DNA of 63,713 bases, filler included, from Craspedostauros australis (GCA_030167865.1; 9 parts of 9 records of this genome joined end to end with filler, not necessarily neighbours in it); one strand, 5' to 3'. Positions 1-11,479 are shown, counted from the first letter of the whole stretch. Numbers and translations: made by a program. Notes: a model not told the origin generated them from the sequence alone.

Positions 1-1406
1 GTGCCGGATGTCGCTGGTGGTTGGTAAGAATCGTCCTTGTCCTCTTTGGGACGTTTGGACGACGTATTCCTACCCACAACCATGACCCCACGACGCTTAT
101 CTCGCTCTTGGCGCATCTCAATTGCCTTGGACCTCTGAGCGGCCGACATGACAGACCACTCTTCTGGTGTGTAGTGGCGGTCTGTGATGACCATGTTGGG
201 GTCATACTTCTTTGCCTTGCCTTGACCTCCGCGACCTCCTTTGTTGGATGCATTGTTGCGGTTGCCGCGACCACCCTTGCCTCTTCCCATTGATCCAATG
301 TTGCGTGCGGACGTGGTGGATTGTTTGCGATCAAGGACTTCGCTGAGAGTGTTGACGGTTGTCTGGAAATTGAGGGCAATGGATTTGTTCATCATGATGG
401 AGTCACAAGCATTGGCAAGACGCTGATCACGAATCCCGGTAATGAGGTGGCGGACCTTGGCGGCTTCCACCAAAGGTTCGCCGCACTTGGACATATCCTC
501 AAAAGCAGAGTTCATCGTTTGTGCGTATTTCTCGAATGGGAAGTGACGTGCTTTGCCGTCATAGAATAGTGTGGCAATGGTGCGTGAGGCCGCTGCCTTT
601 GTCCGCGCTTGGAACGAGTCCCCGTGGTAGTGCTCTTTCAGAGCGATGTATGCGGAGCGACCGTTCCTGGTACGTTCATACCCTTGGACCCAAGCCCATG
701 CCGGACCACCATGTGTCACGTGTCGAATGACTTGCCATACAGCCGCATTGTCTGCATGGTATTTCACCCCTTCATGGAGTGCTCTATCGACGAGTTCTTC
801 TTGCATGGATGGCACACCAAATCCGGTATGGATGGGTGGTGTTCGATCTTCTGGTTTGCGGATGTCCTCTCGGATGATGTACGCCAGCGGAGCATCGATA
901 GCACCAAGCGTGCTGTCCAAGTAATTCTGGATGTCCTCCAGACTGTCTCGTACGTTCTCAACCCTGGTGAGCTGATCGGGCATGTCCATCGCCGGTGCGT
1001 CCTTGATGCGTTTCTCTTCGAGGAACAGTTCCCACAGAGCCAAAAGGCGATCCATGGGTGCTTCCATGGCAGAGAATGGACGTTGAATGCGATGAAAATG
1101 AAACCGAGCATAACGGAGTTGACGCAGTCTGAGCTCGTGGAGCCACCCGATGGTGGTTCCTGGATCCTTGATCTGGGATGGTACAGATGTTTTGCCTCCC
1201 TTGTAGGCAGGGTTATCGATCAGCCCACTGCCTACGCAAATGCGTTTGCACAGTTTGCAAAGGTCATTGTCTGTGAGTGAGAGGAGACCATCGAAGCTCA
1301 TCAAGCCTTGCTCGAACAAAGCACCAGCAATCTCTTCACTGGTGATGTTCAGAACACCTTGAATGTAGAACTTGATCTCGTTGTTGTTGATAGTTGGAAC
1401 AGCCAT
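1..1406 (-). CDS. gag: Gag of a diatom Ty1/Copia (CoDi-like) LTR retrotransposon; runs off the window start
   Basis: Absent from the ORF track because there is no stop in the window. Manual translation from ATG 1406: MAVPTINNNEIKFYIQGVL...LGAIDAPLAYIIRE...DNAAVWQVIRHVTHGGPAWAWVQGYERTRNGRSAYIALKEHYHGDSF...LFYDGKARHFPFEKY...GRGKGGRG...DRHYTPEEW. PLAYxIR, GRxAxxALxxHYxG, LxYxGxxxxFxFEKY and YTPEEW are typical of diatom Copia Gag. Confidence 0.85.
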   Translation of the reverse strand, partial: MAVPTINNNEIKFYIQGVLNITSEEIAGALFEQGLMSFDGLLSLTDNDLCKLCKRICVGSGLIDNPAYKGGKTSVPSQIKDPGTTIGWLHELRLRQLRYARFHFHRIQRPFSAMEAPMDRLLALWELFLEEKRIKDAPAMDMPDQLTRVENVRDSLEDIQNYLDSTLGAIDAPLAYIIREDIRKPEDRTPPIHTGFGVPSMQEELVDRALHEGVKYHADNAAVWQVIRHVTHGGPAWAWVQGYERTRNGRSAYIALKEHYHGDSFQARTKAAASRTIATLFYDGKARHFPFEKYAQTMNSAFEDMSKCGEPLVEAAKVRHLITGIRDQRLANACDSIMMNKSIALNFQTTVNTLSEVLDRKQSTTSARNIGSMGRGKGGRGNRNNASNKGGRGGQGKAKKYDPNMVITDRHYTPEEWSVMSAAQRSKAIEMRQERDKRRGVMVVGRNTSSKRPKEDKDDSYQPPATSG

Positions 1407-2189
1407 GTTGCCGTTGTTGTATGCGAGAGTGAGTATGACAATGACAATGTAAAAGGAAAAACGAGAAAAAGAGAACGGGTTTTGTTGTTGACAGACACAC
1501 ACTGGGACAACGTGTGTTTCGTCCAAAAGGGGATTCTGCGTGTTGATTCATGGTGTTGATCCACGGTGAGGAGCACAGGGTCGGTGAGTTTCACACGATT
1601 CCATGCTGAGAGAAACAGCAAGTGCCCTCGTAGGAATCACCGTATGGCCTACGGTAGGTGCGTCCACCATTGTCACCCCAACCTCGCGAAAGCGAACGGT
1701 AGGATTGTACCCCTCTGACACCGGCCACAAGGTGTCAGAACATCATGGTCAAAGGAGGTACAGCACAATACAAGCCGTGCCAGCTGATGACGGTTCAACC
1801 TCGAAGCGGTGCCCCAGTATGTTCGTTGCCTCTTCAGGCAGTCCCACGCGTTAACGCGTGCTCAATCGAGCGGATGAGAATGATAAACCAAGTTATTACA
1901 CGCATGAAACCCAAAAGTGTTGTGAAAGCGTACGAACGCAGATTATGAGTATTATGGAGACCTTCTTGCACGCTGAGTTACGTGGCTGTTGCTACCTGAT
2001 TGGTTGACACCTGTGTCCACGTTGTAACGCCGATTTAACCGTTTCACATGCATCCTGGTTTGATGGAACGATTGGACCAAGAAAGATTTGGAGGAGAGGA
2101 AGGAAACGGATGAGTCCGAAAGGCTACGCCGGTTATTTAGAGCTCTCTTTACATGTCCGACCAGATCGCATGTGCATGTGCTTGTCACA
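1..2189 (-). mobile_element. 5' part of a CoDi-like Copia LTR retrotransposon (putative 5' LTR about 1987-2189, leader, gag)
   Basis: Intact gag. Upstream on the minus strand, a ~200-nt segment starts TGTGACAAG (2189) and ends AGCAACA (1987), fitting TG...CA LTR ends. The second LTR is outside the window, so the boundaries are tentative. Confidence 0.6.
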
Positions 2190-2394
2190 TCGTTGCTCTA
2201 TGTTCCACTTCATTGAATGAGTGTGCTCCAACATGCATTCAAATTCACATCCACATTCAACGCAAGCAGCATCATCGCCATCACCATGAATGCAAGAAAC
2301 AGAAGTATTTGTTGTATCTGTTGTTTATATATCGTTTGCATGGTATTGTATGTATTCTGGAATGTTGCGATGTGCGTAACTTCTGCATCACCCT

Positions 2395-4104
2395 CTATTC
2401 GGACTTTGATTTCGTTCCTTCCGCATGCTCGTCATCGCATCCGCAGTGCTCGTGATCATCGTGACCACCACCACCACCGCCGCCAATCTTGAACAGACGA
2501 TTGCCCATGCCCAAGACCCCGAATGCGGCACAGAGATACTTGGCATTCTGCAAGTACCAGACGGGAAGGTCCATCATCCCGCCGCCGCCCACAGAATTGG
2601 CCTCCTGCTCAACGAGGAGATCGATGCCGGCGGCGTCCACGAGGTAGGACAGGACGAAGGCGGACCCGACGATCGCGGTCGCGACGCGCGGCAAGACGGA
2701 CCATCGCATGGATTTCGAGGTGGATGCCGACTGCACGAGCAGGATCAGGCTCGCCAGGTTGGTGGATGGCGCCGCCATCAGGAAGGCGAATGCTAATCCC
2801 GGCGAGCCACCGGCCTTTTGGATCGCGGCGGCGAACGTGACGGTGGAGTGCTCGCACAGCTGCAGCGGCAGGGCAGAGATCAGCACCAGCATGCGGATGC
2901 CGGCTTGGACGATGGGCGAATCCGGTGCGTCCGAACCGCGCAGCACGGCGTAGGCCATGGAGAGTCGCGGCATGAGGTGGACGGCGGCCGTGCTCAAGGC
3001 GAGTCCGAACAGGACGGTGGGGAACACTTCGCCGGCCGTTTCGATGCAGGTGCCGAGGAATGCCAGCAGCACGTTGCTGCTCTTGTCCTGCTTGGCAGCG
3101 TCCTTGCCACTGCTGCTCTTACCATTGACATATTTGCCGCGCGTGGATTTGGAGAACGGCATCAGCGACAGACCGGTGGCGATTGCCAGCACGACGGCAC
3201 CCAGCAACCTCCACATGGCGGCCTCCGGTCCCAAGAGACCCCAGGTGATGGCAGCGCTGTCCAATCCAGCTGATTGCGACGCGGTGAGGAACACGACGAC
3301 GGAGGCGAGCGGGATGCCGGTGTTGACAAGACCTGCGGCGATGGGAAGCGCACCGCAGGAACACAGAGGGGTTGCCAGGCCACACAAGGCAGCCTGGATG
3401 AAGGTGAGACATCGGGCGATGGTGGACGCATCGTTGTCGTAGTTGAGGATGGATTGGATAGAATCGATGGAGAAGGGAACGATGGACAGTACGGCCGTAA
3501 GCAGCACTCCCAGGGTCACCCAAGGAATAGTTTCCATGACCTCGTGGTACAACTTGGTCAGGTAGGTTGCGGACTGTCCGTGATGGGAATGTCCGTGCGA
3601 GTGGCTGTGGCTGTGGCTGTGACCATGACCCTGGCTGTGCTGGGCCTGCTCATCGTGCTGTTCCGTCGACAACCGCCTGTGCTCTTCATCTTCATGTCCA
3701 TGGTGGTCGTGAGCATGGTGGTCATGTCCATCGTGGTCGTGAACATGGTGGTCATGTCCATGGTGATCGTGTCCATGGTGATCGTGTCCATGGTGATCGT
3801 GTCCATGGTGATCGTGTCCATGGTGATCGTGTCCATGGTGATCGTGTCCATCGTGATGTCCATCTTCATGCCCAAGCACATGATCGTGGCCATGAATATG
3901 TCCGTGCTCATGTTCCTCTTCATGGCCATTCTCAAGCTTGCGTTGAGGCGTGTCGGTGACAGCCTCTTCCTTCGCTGGCGGTGCTTGCATCCACTCCGCA
4001 TGAGCGTGGTTGTGCCCGCACCCGCAGCCCTCCGAGGATGCTTGCTCCACTGCCAGCGCAAGCACGCACAGTGCCATCATTGTGGAAGACAGTGAGAGAC
4101 GCAT
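2395..4104 (-). CDS. DUF318/ArsP-type permease (SO_0444-like metal efflux family) with signal peptide and long His-rich N-terminal domain
   Basis: Start reassigned to ATG 4104 (MRLSLSSTMMALCVLALAVEQASSEG). Hallmark PLCSCGALP and second-half PLQLCEHST...AFLMAAPSTN motifs, several hydrophobic helices and a (GHDHH)n tract. Confidence 0.8.
   Translation of the reverse strand: MRLSLSSTMMALCVLALAVEQASSEGCGCGHNHAHAEWMQAPPAKEEAVTDTPQRKLENGHEEEHEHGHIHGHDHVLGHEDGHHDGHDHHGHDHHGHDHHGHDHHGHDHHGHDHHGHDHHVHDHDGHDHHAHDHHGHEDEEHRRLSTEQHDEQAQHSQGHGHSHSHSHSHGHSHHGQSATYLTKLYHEVMETIPWVTLGVLLTAVLSIVPFSIDSIQSILNYDNDASTIARCLTFIQAALCGLATPLCSCGALPIAAGLVNTGIPLASVVVFLTASQSAGLDSAAITWGLLGPEAAMWRLLGAVVLAIATGLSLMPFSKSTRGKYVNGKSSSGKDAAKQDKSSNVLLAFLGTCIETAGEVFPTVLFGLALSTAAVHLMPRLSMAYAVLRGSDAPDSPIVQAGIRMLVLISALPLQLCEHSTVTFAAAIQKAGGSPGLAFAFLMAAPSTNLASLILLVQSASTSKSMRWSVLPRVATAIVGSAFVLSYLVDAAGIDLLVEQEANSVGGGGMMDLPVWYLQNAKYLCAAFGVLGMGNRLFKIGGGGGGGHDDHEHCGCDDEHAEGTKSKSE
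3700..3860. repeat. Coding 15-bp tandem repeat (ATGGTGATCGTGTCC)n encoding GHDHH
   Basis: Six perfect copies at 3760-3849, with degenerate copies on both sides. Confidence 0.95.
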
Positions 4105-4594
4105 TGTTCGGTTTGCTCGTTTCCTTCTCTTCTCTTTGCTTCTCTTTGCTTTCTCGTCGAGGTCGATGCTGATGTCGATACTGACGGTGCCGATACCATG
4201 CAATGGGAACAAAGCACAACAGGAAGACGGCTACTCTGTTCTTCGGCTGCGGAATAATGTCTGTTTTGTGGTTGGAACCGAGCGTTGGGGTGGGTGGAGA
4301 CATTCTGTGGTGATGTCCATCATTTTCTTTCTGCGTGTCGGCGCAAGGCCCTTCGTGATTTGGCCTATTCTCAAAATCAACACGTGCGATCTTGTTCAAG
4401 AATAGGCCGCTTGTTAGTCATACTAATCACGCCTCATGACCGGAATCGGCAGCAATCCACGATTGAGGACGCCACAACAAAATCAACACACAACCAACAC
4501 ACAACCAACACGACGACAACACCGCCTCTGTTGTCACAACTCAAGCAAGCATCAGATAATAGCTCGTGCTCCACGCTACCCTGCTCGGATCAGG

Positions 4595-5863
4595 ATGCTG
4601 CTCACAGCGAGTGCTTTCAGGACAGGCGGCAGCTTCACGGTGCCCCTGCTGTTCCAACTTCTGCTGCTGCTGGTGCTGCTGGTGCTGGAGTCGGTCCACG
4701 CTGCTGCAACTGAACAGTCTGATGTCGTGCTTGTCCGACCAGCGCCTCCGGCACCAACTGATTCGGATGGATCCAACAGGCACGCATTCTTGGAGGTGTC
4801 TTGCTTTACGTCGCTCACAGAAGATGGTAGCATAGGAACATCTCCCGATGATTCTCAGCAGCGCCAGCGATGCTGCGATGCTATCCAGCAGGCTCTGGCG
4901 CAAGGCTGTCGCATTGCCATCATGGCTGACGAGTTGTGCTCCATCCACATGGCGCGGGTTCCCCCAATATCTCAACATGGGAACGATGGTTCGCATCCAT
5001 GGGCATCGCCAAGGATGGCAGAATATGTGCTCCTGCTTCCATCTGCGACAGCATCCTGCGCATCTTCGTGCCAGGAGGCTGAAGTCTGGATGCAAGGCGG
5101 TGCCGACAGGGAAGATCACAATCGATGGATGCCCTTCAATGAAGCGCAAACGCTCATACGTTGGCAGTTGGCGCACTCTTCCATCGCTCTATTTCCAAAG
5201 AGAGACGCCGATGACACGGCGTCATTGCGCATGTCATTGACGTCGTCGCTATCCAACGACGGTGGCATGCACCGATTGCTGCATCATGTCATCGACTTGC
5301 CGGAGCCTCTCGCAACTCCACTGAGGATATTCATGGCGTTGCATATTCCAGATGCCATCTTCATGGATCTGGACGACGCCCAGGAGGGGCAGGCATCCTC
5401 CAGTGATGCAGCCGACTTGATAGACGTCACGTATCATGCTGCGGAAACGATCGACATTGAACAGCCAGCGTTCGCGAGTCCATCCCATTTAGTCCTGGTC
5501 GAAGTATCCATCAGCAACGGCAGGGCGGCTACATCAGCGCCAAAGGAAGGCGGTCGCGGAAACAGGCAGATTATGTTTGCGAGCAAACTGCACCTGCGAT
5601 ATCCGCAGCCGACCAACACGAACAAGCTGAAATCAGCGTGGCGGAACGTCGTCGTATCGCCACCACAGATCGTCTTCGCAGAGACGCAGAACGCCGTCCG
5701 TGCATTCCCAACGCACCCTGCTCACGACCACGCACCCATCATCACATATGTTGCAGCTGGAGATGAAGCTGATTATCCGCTGGTTGTCTTTGTCACCTTT
5801 GCCAGCGCCATCGCCGGAGCATTCGTCATGCTGCGGGATATCCTGCAAGCCTGCGAATGGTAG
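4595..5863 (+). CDS. PIGX: PIG-X/PBN1-like subunit of GPI mannosyltransferase I
   Basis: Signal peptide from ATG 4595; GGMHRLL, IPDAIFMD, IDIEQPAFAS and LHLRYPQP motifs; single C-terminal TM helix. Confidence 0.75.
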   Translation: MLLTASAFRTGGSFTVPLLFQLLLLLVLLVLESVHAAATEQSDVVLVRPAPPAPTDSDGSNRHAFLEVSCFTSLTEDGSIGTSPDDSQQRQRCCDAIQQALAQGCRIAIMADELCSIHMARVPPISQHGNDGSHPWASPRMAEYVLLLPSATASCASSCQEAEVWMQGGADREDHNRWMPFNEAQTLIRWQLAHSSIALFPKRDADDTASLRMSLTSSLSNDGGMHRLLHHVIDLPEPLATPLRIFMALHIPDAIFMDLDDAQEGQASSSDAADLIDVTYHAAETIDIEQPAFASPSHLVLVEVSISNGRAATSAPKEGGRGNRQIMFASKLHLRYPQPTNTNKLKSAWRNVVVSPPQIVFAETQNAVRAFPTHPAHDHAPIITYVAAGDEADYPLVVFVTFASAIAGAFVMLRDILQACEW

Positions 5864-6080
5864 CAATGGTTGATGTCATGGCGCACATTGGTCACAGCAG
5901 CTACGTACAGCCAATCGAATGCCCTATCTGATACACCAAGCGATTTCAGTTGTCCTATTGTTTGGGGTGGTGTTCTGCCATGTCCTCCCGTGAGAAGCAG
6001 CAGCACCGTCGCGAGAGGCTCCCAGCGCACGGCCATCAGCGATTTCCCACTTTTGGTCGTCTACACCCAATGTGTAGTCT

Positions 6081-6146
6081 ATTGGCCGAATCGATTTTGA
6101 ACCATTCTAACGTCAATTTAACGCTTCAGAAGAGTTCAAATTTGAA
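6081..6146 (+). promoter_or_regulatory. Putative G2/M promoter module upstream of NDC80 (CHR-like TTTGAA x3, inverted CCAAT, TAACG x2)
   Basis: ATTGG 6081-6085; TTTGAA 6096-6101; palindrome TTCAAATTTGAA 6135-6146; two TAACG cores between them. Followed by a CA-rich leader. Confidence 0.45.
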
Positions 6147-6449
6147 ACGAGGAACAAAGCCGCAACAGGAAGAATGTGAAAGCGGACTGGATGCAACCAA
6201 CACAATACTTCCCCCACAACATCGTGCGAGCACCAAGGCAAGCGCAGGTGCAAGTGCGAACAAGGGAATCAAGACGTATGTCACAGCGTCGACACTCACA
6301 CCAATACCATCATCAACACCTCGAACACAAACAAAAGCTGTGCCACACACTTCCAGCCAGACGCTCAAGCATCATACCTGACGCCCACGGTGTCGGCAGT
6401 GGCAGGATAGTTGAAAGACCGCAAAGACTCGGAGATCTATCAACCAACC

Positions 6450-8794
6450 ATGCCGCAACGCACATCCTCGCGCAATCGGCGCGTGACGCTCGGCCCTGTC
6501 AGCATCAACGGCCATGAAGATGGCGTCATGACACGCAGCGGCCGCCGACGACAATCCGTCGAGCCGTCTGCGGCAGTGGCGAAGTCCCGACCTCCGCGCG
6601 GATCATCGCGCAAGTCCATGCTGCCACGTGTCGGGCGTGAGAACATGGTGCCACAGAGCCCTGCTGTTGCCAAGCCGACGGCGTCCAGCGCCAACCGACG
6701 CAAGAGCACGGCGTCGTCGCGCAGGAAGAGCAGCATGCGGGACACAGATCGTCGCCAATCCATGGTACCATCGTCATCAGGCCCACCGGCGAAGGTGGAT
6801 CCGAGGCCCATCGGCGAAAAGGCGTTCCAGCAGGAGTGCATCCGCAAGCTCATGCACTACCTCAGCCGCAACGGATACGAGTACCCCATGTCGCAACGCA
6901 CCTTGGCACGGCCATCCGGAAAGGACTTCTCCAACATCATCACCTTTCTGCTGCGCAAACTCGATCCCAACTTTCAGGTGGATAGCAGCATGAAGATGGA
7001 GGATGAAATCGCCATGAACTTCAAGGCCTTGGGATATCCCTTCACCGTTAGTAAGACGGCGTTGGTCGCGGCTGGCTCACCGCACACCTGGCCAGCGCTG
7101 CTGGCTGCGCTCACGTGGTTGATGGAGCACATTCAGGTGATCGAAGGTATCGACCCATCGCCCAAGCCTGCACCTCTGGATCAGCTGAACGCTGAATCAC
7201 CAAAATTCGAATCTCTGGACGAACTGGAGCAGTCGACAGACAGGGCTTTCTTCGTTTATTTGACCGGGGCGTACCAAGCCTTCTTGCAAGGTGACGAGGC
7301 AATGACAGAGACGCTGGAATCAGCCCTTGCTGATCGCTTCGAACGGGATGATGCTATTATTGAACACGAGATCGAGCACCTCACAGATGTGAATGGTGAA
7401 ATTGTGGAACGCATCAACCACCTCAGTGAGGACGCTGCAGAGTAAGTCATCGATGTTGCGTTGATGAGAAAGTGGAGGGCGATTGAAGATGCTCTTCATT
7501 TTCGACTCTACTATGATTGAATGCAATTCTAACATGGTTGAACATGTCATGCCTTGACTCACATCGTGCGCTCACATATATCCCACTCGCGCTCTCTCTC
7601 TCTCTCGCTCTGTTCCTCCTGCTTTCCGTTGCTGTCGTGCACCACGAATGTGCATGAATGCATGCGTACTCGCATGTATACGTGGCACTCTATCATCCAA
7701 TATGGCAACACAGTATTCCGATGTACGAAAAGAAAAAGAAAGACTACGAGACAGATCTGGAGCAGTTTCAGGATCTGCTGCAGCAGATGAATCAACACGT
7801 TTCCACGTTGGAGCAAAAGAAGAAGGAACGTACGAAAGCATTGAATGAAACCAACAGGACGCTGGAAAGGACCACGGCAGCAGTGGACGCGCTGAAGGAG
7901 ACTGTCACCTCGCAGGCTCTGTCGCAGGAAGATGTGGTCAAGATGAAGTCCGAGAAGAAAGGTGTGGAGGAGGCCATCGAGCGTGCCAACAGCACGAAGG
8001 AATTGCTGCGAAAAACTTGCTGGGAGGCCAAGGCGACCCTCGATAGTAGCTGGAACGCGCTCGAAACTGTGGTGGCGGAATACAACTCATTCATGAATGA
8101 ACTTCAGCTGCTCCCACTTGTTTCCATCAAGGGCATCGACAACAAGATCGTCCTCAACAAAAACGTCAAACTGGACAGAGACGCGAAGGTGCAGATGCTG
8201 GGAGGTGTGGACATGGTGTCAACCGTTCAACCGGCTCTGTCGGAATGCAAGCTTGATTATGCGAACAAGCTCTCCGAAGCGAAGTGGAAGTATCAGGATT
8301 CTCTGAATAAGCTGGAGGTGGCAGAGGATGAGGCTTCGGCCGTGTCATCAAAGCTCCAGATCTTGGAAGAAAAGCTCGCAAGGTGTGAAGAGACGCTGCA
8401 GGGTGAACAGCAGGCCAACGAGGCGAAGGTCAACGTCCGAACGCGTGAAGTCGAAGGCCTGCAGCAGAAGGTGGCCGCGTTGCGCGACCCGGTCGCTCGC
8501 GAGGAACAGCTCGCGTCGCTGGATCGGCAAGCGTCGGATCTGGAAACGCAGCGGGTGGAACAGCAGCGGGACCATGAGAACAAGAAGACCATGATGCTGG
8601 CGAGCATCGCTGAGGCTGTGCGTGCCATCAGCGAGTACGAGCAGGAGTGCATCCAGAAGGTTGCAGCATTGAAGTCGTACGTGGAAACACAGAAGCAATC
8701 CTTCCAGAGCATCAAGATGCACAACAACGCGTCTCAACAACAATCACAGCAGCAGGAACAGCGGCTATTGTCGCCACAAGCACACAACCAGTAA
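6450..8794 (+). CDS. NDC80: Kinetochore protein Ndc80/HEC1; 2 exons (6450-7441, 7714-8794)
   Basis: Basic N-tail; CH domain DPRPIGEKAFQQECI...PSGKDF...LGYPFTVSKTALVAAGSPHTWPALLAALTWL; long coiled coil. GTAAGT...CAG intron 7442-7713 joins the two ORFs in frame. Confidence 0.93.
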
Positions 8795-9353
8795 CGTGCT
8801 TGGAAGCGGATGAGCCACCACTTTTCAAAGCAGTGTCTCCTAAAGCGCATCCATTGTATTGATAGTAGATTTCCTGTTTCCTTTGTTTCATGCTCGTGGA
8901 ATAAGAACTACGTGATTCTCTTCTGCCTCTTCGTACTTCAGTACGTACAAAGGTTTTATCGAAGGTCGAGTACTTCACCCACCGCTTGTCTCTGTCTCAA
9001 TTGCTCTGAGCGTGTTACATAGATGTAATGTTGCATTGAATTCAGGGATGGAAACGTTGATGACGCCAATGTCAGGGTATCGGCATCGCATGGCATCGCA
9101 GACATGTTCACCATCCTCCCGTGACGGATGCACTCGCGATGGCCCTTGCACATCATCGTGAAGAATCTATCGTACTCTTCGAGTATACTATTGGAATAGA
9201 TACATTGTAGAATACTTCTCATGTATTACATGGTATTCCTCTCTAGTCTCGTGTGTGTATTGGTTGGTCTTATTGGTGTTGCTGCGCAGCTCTTGCGCGC
9301 TGTAGTACAATACTATGAATCATGTGTTGGTAACTGCAACAGGGCCACGGATT

Positions 9354-11130
9354 CTATGCATTTGCGGTTGTCTGAGTATTCGTACGGAGCTGTCGACTGC
9401 GCGACTGTGATTGCGTTCCTCTCGCCTGGTTAACATCCTGCTGCAGCCTGACCAAGTCGCCTCTCTGCCAGTAATCCACGCTGATGACGTTGACATCGAG
9501 ATCGTTGTATTCCGCCTTGCACTCCTGAATACGCTTGTTGGCAAAACTGTACTCGTTCACAACCTCCGCAGACGATTGCTTGGCGGGCGTGACGAAGTCG
9601 TTGACGGCGAAGAAGGTCCGTGACGCCGGCTCACGTTGGAGATTGCCACCGCGGGTGACCTTGCAGGAGTTTGGAGAATCCTCAAGGGCAGCTGTGTTGG
9701 GAAAGCTGAATTCTGTTTCTGCAGCGTACTCGAACCAGAAGTGCATGCCATCCGGGCATTCCGTGTCGCGGCAGTTGGGTCCATTGAAATGGAAGAATAG
9801 AATTCTCTGCAGAATAAAAAACAGAGTATTGAAATTGATGCGACAGTGATAATGGCGGTTTTGACATGAGGATGTGTGAAGACAGGTGAGATCAACAATG
9901 AACATCAAATAGAAACAGAAACCACCAAAGTAGCAACCCATCCAATGACAACTCCAACTGCGACCACACTGCATTCATCCATTCATCCGTATGTATGTAC
10001 CTTGTTGCTCGCCACCACCTGTCGTAGCGATGGCCAAACGACATCGATCGCTGGATGCACGTAGAACTTGGACAGGAGGCCATCGATGTTGGATATCATA
10101 TCGCGAAAGGCAAACAAATCCACAGCCCCATCCGCGTCGCTGTTGACTTCCATGGTAAGCATGAGGACCTCATTACGGTTGTCATCGAGAAATTGGTTGA
10201 TGTTGCGAAATGTTTCCTCAACATCCTTGGTTCCGAGATCGCAACGGCCGTGGCAAAGCTCCAGCTTGCCGCCGCAGTTGCACAGATCAACGTTGATGCC
10301 TCGGTAACCCGCCTCCAAAGCTCTCTCCAACGGTTTGACGTGGTTGGGTAAGAGAAAGAAACCATCGTCAACAGATGACATGGCGTTGTGAACCATGGAG
10401 TACATGACCTTATCGACACCTAGATCACAAATGTTATCCAGCCCGTTGATGCAGCACTGCGCGTCCGATGCGCAACGGTTGAAGGGGATAGCCGCTGTGG
10501 GTGCAGCTGTAGGCACAGCCGTCGTGCCCTGTACCGGTGACGTGGTGGGCGAGCTGGTCTTGTTGAAGTCCGGAAGGAACTTGTCGAGAGTCTCGTCGAT
10601 CGGTGCGAATTGCCAGATGACGATGCCCACCACAGCCAGCAGGACCACTGCGATGATCACCTTCGGCCAGGCTACACGCGTGGAACGGGTGGAACGGAAC
10701 CCGAAATAAATCCAGAATGGGCCAAAAGGAGTTGAGACAAGATGAATTTGACATGCATACTCATGCCAATACTCGTACAAGTAAGTTCATCAATAGCACG
10801 GAACGATACGCCGTCACGACGCACGGCATCGCTCTTGGGCCTTGAAATGCTCGTGTTACGCTCTTCAGCCTTCGACAATCTCTGTCCAACACCCAACCGG
10901 CTATGTGGTGATGAACTGTGATGATGAACTGTGATGATGCAGAAGATTTCTCTTCTCGTGGGCAGTACCAGAATACTCGCAGCGTGACCTGTTCATTGCC
11001 CAGCGCCAACGTTGCGAACGTCACGCTGCCACGCTTGCGTCTCCCATCACTGCGAGTATGAATCATGCAAACAGAACGATCACTCACTGCAGCATGATTT
11101 GCCTTCCTTGGAGTCTTTGCTGTGGCCCAT
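9354..11130 (-). CDS. Type II membrane PLC-like phosphodiesterase (PI-PLC X-domain-like); 3 exons (11130-11088, 10671-10001, 9806-9354)
   Basis: HNAMSS, LEAGYRGINVDLC, LCHGRC, FLDDNRNEVL and NVISVDYW motifs; N-terminal TM and PT-rich stalk. Both GT-AG introns splice in frame. Confidence 0.8.
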
Positions 11131-11431
11131 CTTTGCTTTCTTCTCGTTCGAACTTTGTGTGTTGGCCTTCGTTTTCTCGTTGGTGCGTATCGTTCCTGGT
11201 ACGTTGCTTTGGCTCTGTCGATGATTGATTGATTGATTGATTGACCAGAGCAGAGCAGAGTACTGTCGAGCAGCGTGGTGCGTGTTGGGGTGCGCGAAGG
11301 AGTTGACGATGGTGATGGAAGGCGCCGAGACGAAGAAATGGAGAGCGAGAATGAGAGAATGAAAGACGGACACGGAGACGCAGAACTAATAGCGTTTCGC
11401 TGTTTGTGTGCTCACAGGTACGCGCGACCCC

Positions 11432-11435
<4 letters not shown>

Positions 11436-11475
<40 letters not shown>
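11436..11475. repeat. (CT)20 microsatellite
   Basis: Read directly. A (GATT)n tract also lies at about 11223-11243. Confidence 0.95.

Positions 11476-11479
<4 letters not shown>

Noticed and set aside
609..1280. 223-aa plus-strand ORF
   Set aside because: Antisense shadow of the Copia gag.
3274..4095. ORFs with (MVIVS)n, (MDTIT)n or (VHGDR)n repeats
   Set aside because: Alternative frames of the GHDHH repeat in the permease.
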